The notes: generated by a model from the letters alone, not told the origin. DNA of 64,000 bases from Collinsella sp. (GCA_048205975.1 DBEWTI010000128.1:8115-72114); one strand, 5' to 3'; shown: positions 9,090-18,475, counted from the stretch's first letter. Numbers and translations: made by a program.

Positions 9090-10189
9090 GCGGAAGCGTC
9101 TCCCTTCTGGCCGAGGCCCTCGGCAATTAAATCGTGGAAGGTGGAAAGCGGCGTGCGATCGATACTGCAGCGGCCGATGTCGTGCGGAATCACCAGGTCG
9201 ATGGTGTCGCCCGCGCGCTTTTTGTCGTGGAGCGCCTCGGCAAAGACGGCATCGGCATCCAAATCGCAGCGGGTCTTGAGGCCGTGACGGGCGCAGAGCT
9301 CCTCAATACGACCGGGCAGCTCGGCATCGCAAACACCGTGCAGGGCTGCAGCGCGCGTAATGATGCCCATGCCGATCGACACACAGTTGCCGTGGCCAAG
9401 CTCAAAGTGCTCGCAGGCCTCGACGGCGTGTCCGGCGCTGTGTCCAAAGTTGAGCAGCTTGCGCTGGTTGGTCTCGCGCTCGTCGGCAACGACCACGGCG
9501 CGCTTGATGTCGATATTGCGGGCGATGATGAGCGCCACGCGAGCCACGTCCTTGTTGAGGAGTTCCAGCGTGAGCGGGGTCTTCTCCAGCTCGTCGAAAA
9601 GCTCGGGATCGGCGATCACGGCGTGCTTGACGACCTCGCCGCAGCCGTCGGCGAACTGCTCGGGCGTGAGGGTCGCCAGACACCCCACGTCGGCGATAAC
9701 AACGCTCGGCTGCCAAAAGGCGCCGGCGAGGTTCTTGCCGGCAGCCAGGTCGATAGCCGTCTTGCCGCCCACCGAAGAATCTACCATGGCAAGCAGACTC
9801 GTGGGGATCTGCACAAACTTGCAGCCGCGCATGTAGGTGGCGGCCACAAAGCCGGCCACATCGCCCACGACGCCGCCGCCGAGCGCCACGATCACGTCGG
9901 AGCGCGAAAGCTCGTGCTCGGCCACAAACTCCAAAATGGCAACGTAGGTCTCGGCGCGCTTATGGGCCTCGCCGGCCTCGAAGGTGCAGATGCTCACCTC
10001 GTAGCCAGCTGCCTCAAGGCTCTGCTTAACGGGCATCTGGTAGAGCGGACCCACGTTGGTGTCCGTCACGATGACGGCGCGCGAGCCGCCGGCGGTGGCG
10101 CGCACGAGCTCGCCCGCCTGCTCCAGCAAAAACGTGCCCACATGCACCTGGTAGGGGCGTGCAGTGTCGATATCGATGGTAATCGCCAT
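9083..10189 (-). CDS. aroB: 3-dehydroquinate synthase
   Basis: GGGVVGD, PTSLLAMVDSSVGGKT, KN..GAF.QP, LNFGH. Confidence 0.96.
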   Translation of the reverse strand: MAITIDIDTARPYQVHVGTFLLEQAGELVRATAGGSRAVIVTDTNVGPLYQMPVKQSLEAAGYEVSICTFEAGEAHKRAETYVAILEFVAEHELSRSDVIVALGGGVVGDVAGFVAATYMRGCKFVQIPTSLLAMVDSSVGGKTAIDLAAGKNLAGAFWQPSVVIADVGCLATLTPEQFADGCGEVVKHAVIADPELFDELEKTPLTLELLNKDVARVALIIARNIDIKRAVVVADERETNQRKLLNFGHSAGHAVEACEHFELGHGNCVSIGMGIITRAAALHGVCDAELPGRIEELCARHGLKTRCDLDADAVFAEALHDKKRAGDTIDLVIPHDIGRCSIDRTPLSTFHDLIAEGLGQKGDASAC

Positions 10190-10225
10190 AAGCTTCGGTC
10201 CTTTCGACCTGGCGTGATAGGTGGT

Positions 10226-11140
10226 TTAGTGCGAGGCCTCGTCGTCGAGCGCGCGCTTAATGCGGTCGCCCTCGGCAAGGAGGTTCTCCAGATAGCGCTG
10301 GTCGCGGTCCTTGAGCGCACGGCTGTAGGCGCCGAGCGATTCGATGAGATGGTCGATCTCGAAGGCGAGCGCGTCGGCGTCGTCGATCATGAGCTCGGAC
10401 CACATCTGTGGGTTGAGGTGTGCCACGCGGGTGAGGTCGCGGTAGCTACCGGCCGAAAAGCCGTGGTGGACCTGGGCGGTCGGGCTCTTAACGTAGGCGT
10501 TTGAGACGACGTGCGCGAGCTGGCTCGTAAAGGCGATGACGCGGTCGTGCTCGGCAGCGCTGGTCACGCTGAACTTGCCAAAGCCCAGGGGGCGCACCAT
10601 CTCGCGCACCTGGCCCAAAAGCTCCAGCTTAAGTGCATCGTCCACCGCAGGCGGCACGAGCACCAGCGGTGCGCCCTGGAACAGGTCGGCGCGGGAGTGC
10701 GCATAGCCCGAGAACTGCGTGCCCGCCATGGGGTGCGCGCCCACAAAGTAAAAGCCGTGCTCGCGGGCGAGCTCAAAGGCGCGCTCGCACACGATGCCCT
10801 TGACGCCCACGGTGTCGATCACCACGGGGCCCATGATGGCCTCGGTGTCGGTGGCGTCGGCGAGCGCCTGGGCGTGCGCCTCGAGCCACTCGATGCACGC
10901 CTCGGGGTAGCAGGCCAGCACGATAATGTCGCACTCGCCGAGCGTCTCGTCGTTGAGCTCGCCGGCGACGGTGCCCATGCTGGCTGCCGTCATGACATCG
11001 TCATCGGGATCCCGGGCCAGCACACGGACGCCCGCCTGCGCATAGCCGCGGGCAAAGCTGCCGCCGATGAGGCCCAGGCCTACAATGCCGGCGCACTTGG
11101 GGCCGCCCTGGTTAACGCGTGCGTTTCTCACCGTTCCCAT
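10226..11140 (-). CDS. tyrA: Prephenate dehydrogenase
   Basis: GLGLIGGS Rossmann motif, HPMAG, EHD..AFTSQLAH, SYRDLTRVA. Confidence 0.93.
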   Translation of the reverse strand: MGTVRNARVNQGGPKCAGIVGLGLIGGSFARGYAQAGVRVLARDPDDDVMTAASMGTVAGELNDETLGECDIIVLACYPEACIEWLEAHAQALADATDTEAIMGPVVIDTVGVKGIVCERAFELAREHGFYFVGAHPMAGTQFSGYAHSRADLFQGAPLVLVPPAVDDALKLELLGQVREMVRPLGFGKFSVTSAAEHDRVIAFTSQLAHVVSNAYVKSPTAQVHHGFSAGSYRDLTRVAHLNPQMWSELMIDDADALAFEIDHLIESLGAYSRALKDRDQRYLENLLAEGDRIKRALDDEASH

Positions 11141-11143
11141 GGA

Positions 11144-12166
11144 CTACTCCATGGTCTCTTGGCAGACGACCTCGCGAATGGCGCGGATGCGGCGCATGGT
11201 GTCGTCGAACTGGTCGGGGGTGAGGGCCTGGGCGCCGTCGGACCAGGCGCGGCTCGGCTCGTCGTGGACCTCGATCTCCAGGCCGTTAGCGCCACAGGCG
11301 GTCGCGGCGAGCGCCATGGGCTCAACGTAGCGCGTGTAGCCGGTGGCGTGGCTGGGATCGGCGACGACGGGCAGGTGCGACAGGTGGTGCAGCACCGGCA
11401 CGGCGTTGAGGTCGAAGGTGTTGCGGGTGCGGGTCTCGAAGGTGCGGATGCCGCGCTCGCACAGGATGACGTTGTCGTTGCCCTCGCTCATGATGTACTC
11501 GGCGGCCATGAGCAGCTCGTCGATCGTGCCGGACATGCCGCGCTTGAGCAGGATCGGGGTCTTGGTCTTACCGACCTCTTTGAGCAGGGGGAAGTTCTGG
11601 GCGTTGCGGGCGCCGATCTGCATGACGTCAATCTTCTTGTCCAGAAAGACCTGCACGTCGCGCGGGTCCATGACCTCGGTGACGATCGGCATGTCGAGCT
11701 CGGCCGATGCCTCGCACAGCAGGTCGAGGCCGGCGGGACCCATGCCCTGGTAGGCGTACGGGGAGGTGCGCGGCTTGTAGGCGCCGCCGCGCAGCATCGT
11801 GGCGCCGGCGGCCTTCACGCGGCGGGCGATGCGGATGAGGTTCTCGCCCTCGACGGAGCAGGGGCCGGCGATGACCTGGAACTGGTCGCCGCCGATCTTG
11901 ACGCCGTGGCCGCAGTCGATGATGGAGTCCTCGGGGTGGAACTTGCGGTTGGCGCGCTTGAACGGCTCGGAGACGCGCTGCACGCGCTCGACGACGTCCA
12001 TGGACTCGAGCAGGAACGGGTCGATCTTGGTCGTGTCGCCCACGAGGCCGATGATGGTCTCGTTCTCGCCGCGCGAGACGTCGGTCTTGAGACCCTTCTT
12101 CTCAATCCAGCTGACGATGTGGCTGACGGCCTCGTCGCTGGCGCTCTGCTTTAAAATTGCAATCAT
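11144..12166 (-). CDS. aroF: DAHP synthase, type I-beta with N-terminal regulatory domain
   Basis: IAGPCSVE, RGGAYKPRTSPY, QIGARN, KRG, CERGIRTFE, DPSHATG, SDGAQ. ATG at 12166. Confidence 0.95.
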   Translation of the reverse strand: MIAILKQSASDEAVSHIVSWIEKKGLKTDVSRGENETIIGLVGDTTKIDPFLLESMDVVERVQRVSEPFKRANRKFHPEDSIIDCGHGVKIGGDQFQVIAGPCSVEGENLIRIARRVKAAGATMLRGGAYKPRTSPYAYQGMGPAGLDLLCEASAELDMPIVTEVMDPRDVQVFLDKKIDVMQIGARNAQNFPLLKEVGKTKTPILLKRGMSGTIDELLMAAEYIMSEGNDNVILCERGIRTFETRTRNTFDLNAVPVLHHLSHLPVVADPSHATGYTRYVEPMALAATACGANGLEIEVHDEPSRAWSDGAQALTPDQFDDTMRRIRAIREVVCQETME

Positions 12167-12199
12167 GGTGTGCCTCTCACCTCGATGGATATCCTTTGC

Positions 12200-12224
12200 A
12201 AAAACGGCCCGCATCGCGAGCCGT
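12200..12224 (-). terminator. Terminator-like hairpin in the aro operon 5' leader
   Basis: Minus strand ACGGCTCGC-GAT-GCGGGCCGT-TTTT, about 35 nt upstream of the aroF ATG. Confidence 0.5.
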
Positions 12225-12329
12225 GTATATATGGTGCATGAGAGTTTATACTATCTGACTCACTTTTGCCTTCTAAAGTGTGCCGATGCGGCGCGTCTTC
12301 CTCGGAATTGCAAAGCTTTTTCTTTTATT

Positions 12330-12359
12330 TTGATAGCCCATGGTGCACTTGGGTATAAT
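12330..12359 (+). promoter_or_regulatory. Housekeeping sigma promoter of tRNA-Arg(CCG)
   Basis: TTGATA-N18-TATAAT, 11 nt before the tRNA. Confidence 0.7.
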
Positions 12360-12370
12360 GCATTCCGTTC

Positions 12371-12447
12371 GCCCTATTAGCTCAGGGGATTAGAGCGTCT
12401 GCCTCCGGAGCAGAAGGCCGTTGGTTCGAATCCAACATGGGGCACCA
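12371..12447 (+). tRNA. tRNA-Arg(CCG)
   Basis: Acceptor GCCCTAT/ATGGGGC, anticodon arm TCTGC-CT-CCG-GA-GCAGA, T-arm GTTGG-TTCGAAT-CCAAC, encoded CCA. Confidence 0.96.
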
Positions 12448-12457
12448 TCGAACGTAA

Positions 12458-12495
12458 GACCGTCCGAACCTCGCATGGTCCGGGCGGTTTTTCTT
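12458..12495 (+). terminator. Intrinsic terminator after tRNA-Arg(CCG)
   Basis: GACCGTCCGAACC / GGTCCGGGCGGTT imperfect stem followed by a T-run. Confidence 0.6.
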
Positions 12496-12523
12496 ATACC
12501 GACGCGACGTGATGGGACGTGGT

Positions 12524-15241
12524 ATGGCAGCAACGGATATCGAGCGCGGACTCTCGACCGCCGAGGTCGAGGAGCGCATCGCCGCCGGTAAGATCAACCG
12601 CAACATGGAGCTCAAGACCAAGTCGGTCAAAGAGCTCATCATCGAGAACCTCTGCACGCTGTTCAATTTGATCAACGTGATCTTGGCGTTCCTGGTCATT
12701 TTGACCGGTTCGTTTAAGAATCTGACGTTCCTGTTCGTGGTGTTCTTGAACACCGCTATCGGCGTCATTCAGTCCATGCGTTCCAAGAAGATGGTCGATA
12801 AGCTCACGCTGCTGACCTCCAAGAAGGCCATCGCGGTGCGCGACGGCGCCGAGGTGGAGCTCGACCTGGACCAGATCGTGCTCGACGACATCATCCGCCT
12901 GGGGCGCGGCGACCAGATTCCCGCTGACGCCGTGGTGGTTTCGGGCGAGGCGCTCGTGAACGAGAGCCTGCTGACGGGCGAGAGCGACCTTATTAAGAAA
13001 CAGCCCGGTTCCGAGCTCATGAGCGGCAGCTTTATCGACTCGGGCCTGCTGCGCGCCCGCGTGATCCATGTCGGCGCCGACAACTACGTAGCCAAAATTA
13101 ATAACGAGGCCAAGTACGTCAAAAAGGTCAATTCCGAGATCATGAACGCGCTGAACGCCATCGTGCGCTTTGCGAGCATCATCATGATCCCGCTCGGTTT
13201 GGCGTTGTTTGCCTCGAGTGTGAGCGAGCTGTGGGATGCCGCGGGAACCCCAGGCGATAGCGCGCTTTCGTGGTGCTTCTCCGAGCTGTTGGCTGGCCAT
13301 GTGCCTTCGTCGGCGCTGCTGTCCACGGTGGGCGCCCTGCTGGGCATGATCCCGCAAGGCCTGGTGCTGCTGACCTCGTCGGTACTCGCCATCGCCACGG
13401 TGCGCCTGGCCCGCCGCAAGGTGCTGGCGCAGCAGCTCTACTGCATCGAGACGCTCGCGCGCGTCGACGTGCTGTGCCTGGACAAGACGGGCACCATCAC
13501 GTCGGGTCGCATGGAGGTCGAGGGCACGTATCCGCTGCCGGTCGAGGGTATGGGTGCGGGGGAGGGCGACGCCGCCGTTCCCGTCGATACCACGGTGCTC
13601 GATTTTGCGCTGGCTAACGTCGCACGTGCGACCTCGGCCGATGCCAACGAGACCTGCCAGGCACTGCTCAACTATTACGCCGATCGCCCGGTCGAGGTGT
13701 CTGAGCCGCTGTCGGTCATTCCGTTCTCGTCTTCCAAAAAGTGGAGCGGCGCGTCGTTTGCACAGGGCTCCTATGTGATGGGTGCGGCGCAGTTTGTGCT
13801 CTCTGATCGTGCGTTTGCTCAGGTCGAGAACCGTGTCGCCGAGCTTGCCGATACCTGCCGCGTGCTCGTGGTGGCGCGCGTGGACGGCTTTACGCCCGAT
13901 GGCGATATGGTGGGCGAGGCCGAGCCCGTGGGCTTTGTGACCATCCGCGACGAGATTCGTACCTCGGCGGCCGAGACCATCGGCTACTTTAACGAGCAGG
14001 GCGTGACCCTCAACGTGATCAGTGGCGACGACCCGCGTACGGTGTCGTCGATCGCGCGCGTGGTGGGCGTGCCGGGGGCGGACGCTTATGTGGACGCCAC
14101 GACGCTCGATACGCCGGCCAAGCTCGATGCCGCAGTGGACCGCTACCATGTCTTTGGTCGTGTGACCCCGCAGCAGAAGCGCGAGCTCGTGCAGGCGCTC
14201 AAGCGCCGCGAGCACACCGTGGCCATGACGGGCGACGGCGTCAACGACGTGCTGGCGCTCAAGGAGGCCGACTGCTCCGTCGCCATGGCGGCCGGCTCCG
14301 ATGCCGCGCGTAACGTGGCCGAAATTGTGCTGGTCGACAACGACTTTGCCTCGATGCCTGCTGTGGTGGCCGAGGGCCGTCGCTCCATCAACAACCTGCA
14401 GCGTTCGGCTTCGCTGTTCCTGACTAAGACGCTGTTCTCGATGGGCCTGGCGGCGCTGTGCATCGCGCTGCCGCCGTACCCTTTCGAGCCGATTCAGATG
14501 ACGCTCATCAACTTCTTCTGCATCGGCGCGCCGGGCTTTGTGTTGGGCCTGGAGCCCAACAATGCTCGCGTGAAGGGGTCGTTCCTGACGAACGTGCTCA
14601 AGCGGGCACTGCCGGCGTCGATTGCGGTCATTTTGGCCGCGGCGCTCGATATCTTTGTGGCGCGCGTGTTTGGCTTTAACCAGCTCACGCTGTCTACGAT
14701 GTGCCTACTTACGTCGTGCGCGGCGAGCGTCAGCCTGATCTGGCGCATCTCGCAGCCCCTCACGCCCTTACGTGTGGCGCTCTTTGTGTTTGTAGTCGTC
14801 GGCATCCTGACGGGCGTTATCGGATTCCCGAAGCTGCTGTCTATTGCCAATCTGACGATGGGCCAGATGGTTATCTTGGCTGTCATAGTGGCCTTTACCT
14901 GCTCGGTGTTCTTTAAGCTCGCCACGATGATGGATTCGCTTAAGCCGCGTCGTCGTCATGCCGCAACTGGTTTTGGCCGCGGTGTGCGCGTCCGCCTGGG
15001 TCGCGGTGGCGGTAAGGTGAGCTCGACGGGTTCGACGGCGGAGCGTTTTGCCAAGCGCGTTGCCGCCGATATGGCGCAGCGCCGTGAGGCGCGCACCGTT
15101 CGCGAGGCCGAGGCCCGCGCACTCGAGGGCGTGGCCCAGGCCCAGCCCAAGAAAAAGAAGAGTACCGGAGCCAAGCGCTCTCGCGTAACCAAGTCCGCCC
15201 AAGGCATCAAAGTCTCTATGCCAAGCAAAAAGAAGAAGTAA
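12524..15241 (+). CDS. Cation-transporting P-type ATPase (CtpE-like) with basic C-terminal tail
   Basis: TGES actuator, DKTGT phosphorylation site, SGDD, GDGVND, multiple TM segments. Confidence 0.92.
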   Translation: MAATDIERGLSTAEVEERIAAGKINRNMELKTKSVKELIIENLCTLFNLINVILAFLVILTGSFKNLTFLFVVFLNTAIGVIQSMRSKKMVDKLTLLTSKKAIAVRDGAEVELDLDQIVLDDIIRLGRGDQIPADAVVVSGEALVNESLLTGESDLIKKQPGSELMSGSFIDSGLLRARVIHVGADNYVAKINNEAKYVKKVNSEIMNALNAIVRFASIIMIPLGLALFASSVSELWDAAGTPGDSALSWCFSELLAGHVPSSALLSTVGALLGMIPQGLVLLTSSVLAIATVRLARRKVLAQQLYCIETLARVDVLCLDKTGTITSGRMEVEGTYPLPVEGMGAGEGDAAVPVDTTVLDFALANVARATSADANETCQALLNYYADRPVEVSEPLSVIPFSSSKKWSGASFAQGSYVMGAAQFVLSDRAFAQVENRVAELADTCRVLVVARVDGFTPDGDMVGEAEPVGFVTIRDEIRTSAAETIGYFNEQGVTLNVISGDDPRTVSSIARVVGVPGADAYVDATTLDTPAKLDAAVDRYHVFGRVTPQQKRELVQALKRREHTVAMTGDGVNDVLALKEADCSVAMAAGSDAARNVAEIVLVDNDFASMPAVVAEGRRSINNLQRSASLFLTKTLFSMGLAALCIALPPYPFEPIQMTLINFFCIGAPGFVLGLEPNNARVKGSFLTNVLKRALPASIAVILAAALDIFVARVFGFNQLTLSTMCLLTSCAASVSLIWRISQPLTPLRVALFVFVVVGILTGVIGFPKLLSIANLTMGQMVILAVIVAFTCSVFFKLATMMDSLKPRRRHAATGFGRGVRVRLGRGGGKVSSTGSTAERFAKRVAADMAQRREARTVREAEARALEGVAQAQPKKKKSTGAKRSRVTKSAQGIKVSMPSKKKK

Positions 15242-15344
15242 CTACGCGCCCTGGCGATGTTGAATTGGTGCCTTGCTCCTGTGGGGCCGTGGCGATGTTA
15301 TGCTCTAACCTCGATTGTTTGAATTGGTTCGAAAAGAGGATGCC

Positions 15345-16487
15345 GTGATCTGCCCGCATTGCCTTAAGACTATCGAGGACGGCGCCTCGTTCTGCCCCTA
15401 CTGCAACGCCTATGTAGGTCCGGGCGATGGTCCGGAGCACACCGAGTTCGTGTTCTGCGAGGGCTGCGGTGCCCGTCTTTCTCCGCATGATCGTACGTGC
15501 CCCAAATGCGGACGCCCCGCTCCGGGCATCCTCTCCGAGGACGCGGCAGCATCCGACCTGGCAGCGGGCCGCACGGCGGGCTTTCCGCGCCTAACGCAAG
15601 AGCAGATCGATACCGAGGTGCCGCATGCGCCGGCCTCTGCCGCTGCGGTGCTTTCGGACGCCGCCGACCCCAATGAGACCTGCGTGCTGCCAGCTTTCGA
15701 TAAGGATTTCGGTATCCCCAAGGTCGATATTCCCACGCCCGTTTCCCTGCATGACGATGCTCAAAAACCCAAGCGCAAGGTGCACCCCGACGAGGACGCC
15801 TATCACAAGCATAAGCGTCATATTCCTAAGCCGCTCATTATCATCGCGGTCCTTGCCGTCGTGTGCGGTGGTGCCTATTGGTTCGTGACGACCGATCCCA
15901 TGGGTGTCATGCCTGGCTTCTATGATCAGTTTGGCCAAGCTGCACAAACCACCTTCCCCACGCGTCAAAAGGGCGAGGCGACTGAGGACGATACCAAGCA
16001 GGGCGATTCTGCCGAGGTGGTCCAGGAAGAAACCGTGCTCACCGATGATCAACTCTATACCAGGCTCGACGGTCTGTATCAGACCATCGTGTCCTACGCT
16101 GACGAGGACCAGATCGGCGAGGTCATCGATTCCTTTAACAACGGCTATCTCCGAACGCCGCTGTCCACCCGTCAGGAGCTGTCGCAGAGTGCCTACGCCC
16201 TGCGCGACCAGATTAAAAAGACGCAAGATGAGCTCAACAACCTGAAAGTACAGGACGATACGGTCTATGCGGATGACATCGCCCACTTAAAGCAGCTTGC
16301 CGAGTGGATGTATGAGCGCGTTGACGTGATCTGCCAGAGCTGGGACATCTCGCTGGCCATTCCCGATGGCGAGTCGATGAGTTCCCACCAAAGCGAGATC
16401 CTGGCGCCCATCGCGCAGGGCGGCAACAGCGCGCTGAACCAGTACGATGCCAATGTGGGTTCCTGGAAGCCGCAGCAGCGTTCCTAA
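15345..16487 (+). CDS. Double zinc-ribbon, single-pass membrane protein of unknown function
   Basis: CPHC..CPYC and CEGC..CPKC pairs, disordered linker, one TM segment (PLIIIAVLAVVCGGAYWF), helical C-terminal domain. GTG start after AGAGGA. Confidence 0.8.
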   Translation: MICPHCLKTIEDGASFCPYCNAYVGPGDGPEHTEFVFCEGCGARLSPHDRTCPKCGRPAPGILSEDAAASDLAAGRTAGFPRLTQEQIDTEVPHAPASAAAVLSDAADPNETCVLPAFDKDFGIPKVDIPTPVSLHDDAQKPKRKVHPDEDAYHKHKRHIPKPLIIIAVLAVVCGGAYWFVTTDPMGVMPGFYDQFGQAAQTTFPTRQKGEATEDDTKQGDSAEVVQEETVLTDDQLYTRLDGLYQTIVSYADEDQIGEVIDSFNNGYLRTPLSTRQELSQSAYALRDQIKKTQDELNNLKVQDDTVYADDIAHLKQLAEWMYERVDVICQSWDISLAIPDGESMSSHQSEILAPIAQGGNSALNQYDANVGSWKPQQRS

Positions 16488-16594
16488 AATTAGTTCGCCA
16501 TAGTCGGCATAACCTACGTGCGCAATTGATGTAAGCCCGTGCTTATTGCTACAATTCGTACAAATATGCTTTAAACGCACGAGGAAGGAACCAC

Positions 16595-17137
16595 ATGTTT
16601 GGTTTTAAGAAAGAGCTCTACACGCCCGAGTATCAACTTGTCGGCGACGAGTGCGCCGTAATCGAGACGTCGAAGGGTACCATCAAGGTCAAGTTTGACG
16701 GCGAGGGCGCTCCCATTCATGTCGCGAACTTCTGCGAGCTTTCCACGATGGGCTTCTATGATGGCCTTAAGTTCCATCGCTATGTGCCCGGTTTTGTTAT
16801 CCAGGGCGGCGACCCCAATACCCGCGACATGTCCGGCGCCGACGTCGCTGCCGGTCTTGAGGGCCCCGACGGCATGCCCGGTACCGGTGGCCCCGGCTAC
16901 TGCATCAAGGGCGAGTTTGCCACCAATCCGCGCAACAGCCATGTCGATGGCGCCCTTGCCATGGCACGCTCCATGGACCCCGATTCCGCGGGTTCGCAGT
17001 TCTACTTCTGCCTGGGTGCCCAGCATAACCTCGATTCTGGTTACACCGTCTTTGGTGCCACGGTCGAGGGTCTCGATGTGATTTCGCAGCTGCGTGCCGG
17101 CGACGAGATCGTCCATGTCGAGATCGTTCACGAGTAA
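16595..17137 (+). CDS. Cyclophilin-type peptidyl-prolyl isomerase
   Basis: FHRYVPGFVIQGGDP, ALAMA, SAGSQFY, YTVFG. Confidence 0.95.
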   Translation: MFGFKKELYTPEYQLVGDECAVIETSKGTIKVKFDGEGAPIHVANFCELSTMGFYDGLKFHRYVPGFVIQGGDPNTRDMSGADVAAGLEGPDGMPGTGGPGYCIKGEFATNPRNSHVDGALAMARSMDPDSAGSQFYFCLGAQHNLDSGYTVFGATVEGLDVISQLRAGDEIVHVEIVHE

Positions 17138-17148
17138 AGGGGACTTCC

Positions 17149-18453
17149 TTGAATAGCCAGCTGATCCAACAGGGCCGCGCCGCTTACCGCGCGGGTGATT
17201 TTTCTGCTGCAGCCCAGATGCTTGGGGCAGCAAAGACTCCCGATGAGATTATGGGCGAGGCCGATCACCTTCGTGGCAACGCCTTGATGCACCTGGGCAT
17301 GTATGCCGAGGCCGCCGAGGCCTATGCCGCCGCCCTCAACGACGGCACCTACGGCAAGCGCGGCGCGCTGCTCACCAACCGCGGCAAGGCGCTCGCCGCC
17401 GTGGGCGACTACACGACGGCCGCCCAGGCGTTCTCTGCTGCTACGCAGGATGCTTCCTATGCCACGCCGTTCAAGGCCTATCTGGGCCTGGGCAATGCGC
17501 TGTTCCAATCGGGCGACTATGCCAACGCGGGAACCGCCTTCCGTCAGGCTGCCATCGACGGCGCCAATCCGGCTCCTGCCGCCGCGCTCGGCGAGCTCGG
17601 TCGTTGCTTCATTAAGCTCGGCCGTCCGGCGGATGCCGTGGAGACCTACCGCACGGCTATCGACTTTGCCGGCCCTCGCGACGACACGCGTGCGCTTAAC
17701 GCCGGCATGGGTCAGGCGCTTTCTGCCGCCGGCCGTCCCTCCGACGCACTCGACGCCTTTAACGCCGCTACTGCCGATGGCATCTACCAGCTCACCTCCG
17801 AGCAGGCCGATGAGCTTGCCCGCGTGCACGATTCGCTTGCCGCGCTGTCTGCCCAGACGGCTATGGCCACGGCTCCGGCGCCCGCGATGGACGCTCCTGC
17901 CGTCGATCCTCTCGATCCTACGGGCGCGACCGGTCAGTTTATGCCCGATCCCTCGGACACCGGCTTCTTTACGCTGTCCGAGTCCGAGATGGTCCAGCAG
18001 GACCGTCAGGATCGTAAGCAGGCCAAGGTCCGTCGTCGCCATCGCCACACGGGTCTCAAAGTCTTCATCGTGCTGCTTCTGCTTATTTTGATCGCCGCGG
18101 GCGGTCTGGGCTTTGCCTACACGCGCGGCTTTGGCTTCCCGTCTCAGGAGTCTGTTGTTACCGATCTGTTCCAGGCTGCCGGCGACGGTGACACCGCAAA
18201 GGCCGAGTCTTGCCTGGCCTCGAGCCTGTCCGAGGACGCTAAGTCGATGATCATCTCCTCGATTCCGCAGGGTGCCACCGTGTCCGTCGAGGGCATGGAT
18301 CAGTCCATGACCGAGACGACCGCCAAGGTGAAGGCATCGCTGTCCAAGGGCGGCGAGCAGGAGTACACCGTCAAATTCGTGCGCTCCGACAACCATATCG
18401 GCTGGGCCGTTTCTTCGCTCGATATGGATTTCTCGGCTGCTGACAACCAGTAG
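17149..18453 (+). CDS. TPR-repeat single-pass membrane protein
   Basis: About six Ala/Gly-rich TPR-like repeats, basic stop-transfer RRRHRH, TM segment (VFIVLLLLILIAAGGLG), small C-terminal domain. Confidence 0.82.
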   Translation: MNSQLIQQGRAAYRAGDFSAAAQMLGAAKTPDEIMGEADHLRGNALMHLGMYAEAAEAYAAALNDGTYGKRGALLTNRGKALAAVGDYTTAAQAFSAATQDASYATPFKAYLGLGNALFQSGDYANAGTAFRQAAIDGANPAPAAALGELGRCFIKLGRPADAVETYRTAIDFAGPRDDTRALNAGMGQALSAAGRPSDALDAFNAATADGIYQLTSEQADELARVHDSLAALSAQTAMATAPAPAMDAPAVDPLDPTGATGQFMPDPSDTGFFTLSESEMVQQDRQDRKQAKVRRRHRHTGLKVFIVLLLLILIAAGGLGFAYTRGFGFPSQESVVTDLFQAAGDGDTAKAESCLASSLSEDAKSMIISSIPQGATVSVEGMDQSMTETTAKVKASLSKGGEQEYTVKFVRSDNHIGWAVSSLDMDFSAADNQ

Positions 18454-18475
18454 TGACCTTATGGGATTTAGCTTT

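Noticed and set aside
2394..12370. Recent genomic island integrated at a tRNA-Arg
   Set aside because: No integrase, no exact duplicated tRNA 3' end, and composition similar to the flanks. The two tRNAs are distinct complete isoacceptors.
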